The notes beneath the pieces were generated by a model. The model was given only the letters and a program-made list of their open reading frames with translations. It made no database searches and was not told the origin of the DNA. A DNA stretch of 40,973 nucleotides from Victivallaceae bacterium (GTDB lineage: Bacteria > Verrucomicrobiota > Lentisphaeria > Victivallales > Victivallaceae). This document shows, piece after piece, positions 39,745 through 40,973 of the stretch (position 1 is its first letter; each line of letters starts with the position of its first letter). The translations under genes were made by a program, and so were the position numbers. Where the stretch lies: positions 1 to 40,973 of the forward strand of contig JBAYVM010000001.1 of NCBI GenBank assembly GCA_041674645.1. The letters run 5' to 3'.

Positions 39745-40973
39745 TTAATCTTTTCTGCCAAAGAAATCAACTATTTTTTCCGCAAATTTTTTTCCAACAC
39801 CAGAAACTTTGTTTACAATATCATCAACTGACGCTTTGCGCAATTCTCGAACTGAGCCAAAGGCTTCAAGCAGCAATTGTTTTCTTTTTTTTCCAATGCC
39901 AGGGATATCGTCCAGAAGGGATTCTTGAAGTCGCCGACTTCTCAGTTCGCGGTGATAACTGACGGCAAAGCGGTGCGCCTCGTCCCGGATTGCCTGGAGT
40001 AATCGCAATGCAGAGGAGTGGCGGTCAAGTATAATAGAATCTTTCCGTCCGGGAATAAAAATTTCTTCATTTTTTTTTGCCAGCCCGATTATCGGCAATG
40101 GCGGACAGCCTAATTCGATTAGAGAGGCAATAGCTGCAGATAATTGTCCTTTACCCCCGTCAACCATTATCAGGTCAGGCAATGGCAGTCCGTCCTTTAT
40201 TTGTCTGCCGAAATGCCGCTGGAAAACTTCCGCCATCATGGCAAAATCATCGCTTTGGTGAACATCTTTGATTCTAAACCGCCGGTATTTGCTGCGTTCC
40301 GGCCGGCCGTTCTCAAAACAAACCATACTTCCGACGGCTAGTGTGCCAAGGATATTTGAAATGTCAAAACCTTGAATTACTGTCGGATTATTTTCTAATC
40401 CCAATACTTTTTTCAGTTCAGCAACGGAATCAGAACCTCCGGCAGAGGGTATCGTGGCGTAACGGAATGAACGGTTTTTGTGACTGAAAACTTCTTCAAT
40501 ATTGAAAATAACGTCTCTGATTCTGGCCGCTTTTTCAAAATTCATCTCATTTGCCGCCAGTTTCATTTTACTGTTCAATTCTTCAACCAGCGGTTTGCTG
40601 TGTCCATTGAGCAATTCCAGCATTTTATCAACCAGCACCCGGTAACCTTGTTCAGTGACTTTTCCGGAACATGGCTCGCTACAATCTTTGACGATTCGTT
40701 TTTGACAGTGTTTTCTGTCCTCTTCGCCTGGTTCTGATGTCCGGCAGGAACGCAATCCGAAATAAGTAGTCAAAAAATCAACCGTCATTCTCAACGCAGT
40801 TCCCTTGGGAAAAGGGCCAAAATAACGGCAATTGTCGTCTTTTCTTACTCTGGCCAACTGGAGCCTGGGAAATTTTTCATTAAGGTCTATTTTCGCCAGC
40901 AAATATCTTTTGTCGTCGCGCATTAAAATATTGTAGCGGGGAGCGTATTGTTTTATCAGCCTGGACTCCAGAA
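39745..40973 (-). CDS. uvrC: Excinuclease ABC subunit C, C-terminal ~408 aa; 5' end (GIY-YIG part) lies outside the window
   Basis: The frame stays open to the window edge (LESRLIKQYAPRYNILMRDDKRY...). UVR-domain-like LNSKMKLAANEMNFEKAARIRD, the endonuclease V-like block (IQGFDISN, DDFAMM.EV..R, PDLIMVDGGKGQL, LAKK.EEIF) and a C-terminal (HhH)2. Confidence 0.9.
   Translation of the reverse strand, partial: LESRLIKQYAPRYNILMRDDKRYLLAKIDLNEKFPRLQLARVRKDDNCRYFGPFPKGTALRMTVDFLTTYFGLRSCRTSEPGEEDRKHCQKRIVKDCSEPCSGKVTEQGYRVLVDKMLELLNGHSKPLVEELNSKMKLAANEMNFEKAARIRDVIFNIEEVFSHKNRSFRYATIPSAGGSDSVAELKKVLGLENNPTVIQGFDISNILGTLAVGSMVCFENGRPERSKYRRFRIKDVHQSDDFAMMAEVFQRHFGRQIKDGLPLPDLIMVDGGKGQLSAAIASLIELGCPPLPIIGLAKKNEEIFIPGRKDSIILDRHSSALRLLQAIRDEAHRFAVSYHRELRSRRLQESLLDDIPGIGKKRKQLLLEAFGSVRELRKASVDDIVNKVSGVGKKFAEKIVDFFGRKD

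Noticed and set aside
1-40973. Search for CRISPR arrays, rRNA or complete tRNA genes, IS elements, integrases, prophage modules and toxin-antitoxin pairs.
   Set aside because: No regularly spaced direct repeats, no rRNA or tRNA cloverleaf, and no transposase, integrase or phage structural motifs were found in any of the long ORFs or intergenic regions.

Overview
Bacterial chromosomal window of about 41 kb with roughly 36 genes. Shine-Dalgarno sites are used, and TAA, TGA and TAG all act as stops. Most of it is housekeeping. Left part: uxaC (5'-truncated), an anaerobic sulfatase-maturating radical-SAM gene interrupted by one in-frame TAG, a PhoR/PhoB-like two-component pair, a YugP-type Zn peptidase and a type III glutamine synthetase with a sigma-54-like promoter. 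Middle: nfo, thiI, pdxB, a DUF1805 gene, two class I/II aminotransferases, a NifU-like gene and hslO. Right part: a Gfo/Idh/MocA oxidoreductase, an AsnC/Lrp regulator, cdsA, uppS, a SIS (GmhA/DiaA-family) gene, dnaN, recF, a DUF815-like ATPase, a Sel1-repeat lipoprotein and uvrC (5'-truncated). Two regions look accessory. (1) 2259-5504 is an AT-rich run of six small exported or membrane proteins with no recognisable family, followed by a 578-bp ORF-free hairpin-rich spacer. (2) 13071-22423 is the main finding. It is a translationally coupled four-gene minus-strand operon (551, 584, 304 and 1680 aa). Its last gene is a giant SF2 helicase fused to a DUF1998/MrfA-type Zn module, a DruE-like architecture. 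Its three partners have no motif I can assign, and the operon has no methyltransferase or recognisable nuclease. I read it as a divergent Druantia-like or undescribed helicase-anchored defence candidate. No CRISPR array, rRNA, complete tRNA, integrase or transposase was seen. All family calls come from motif recognition by eye; no database search was possible.
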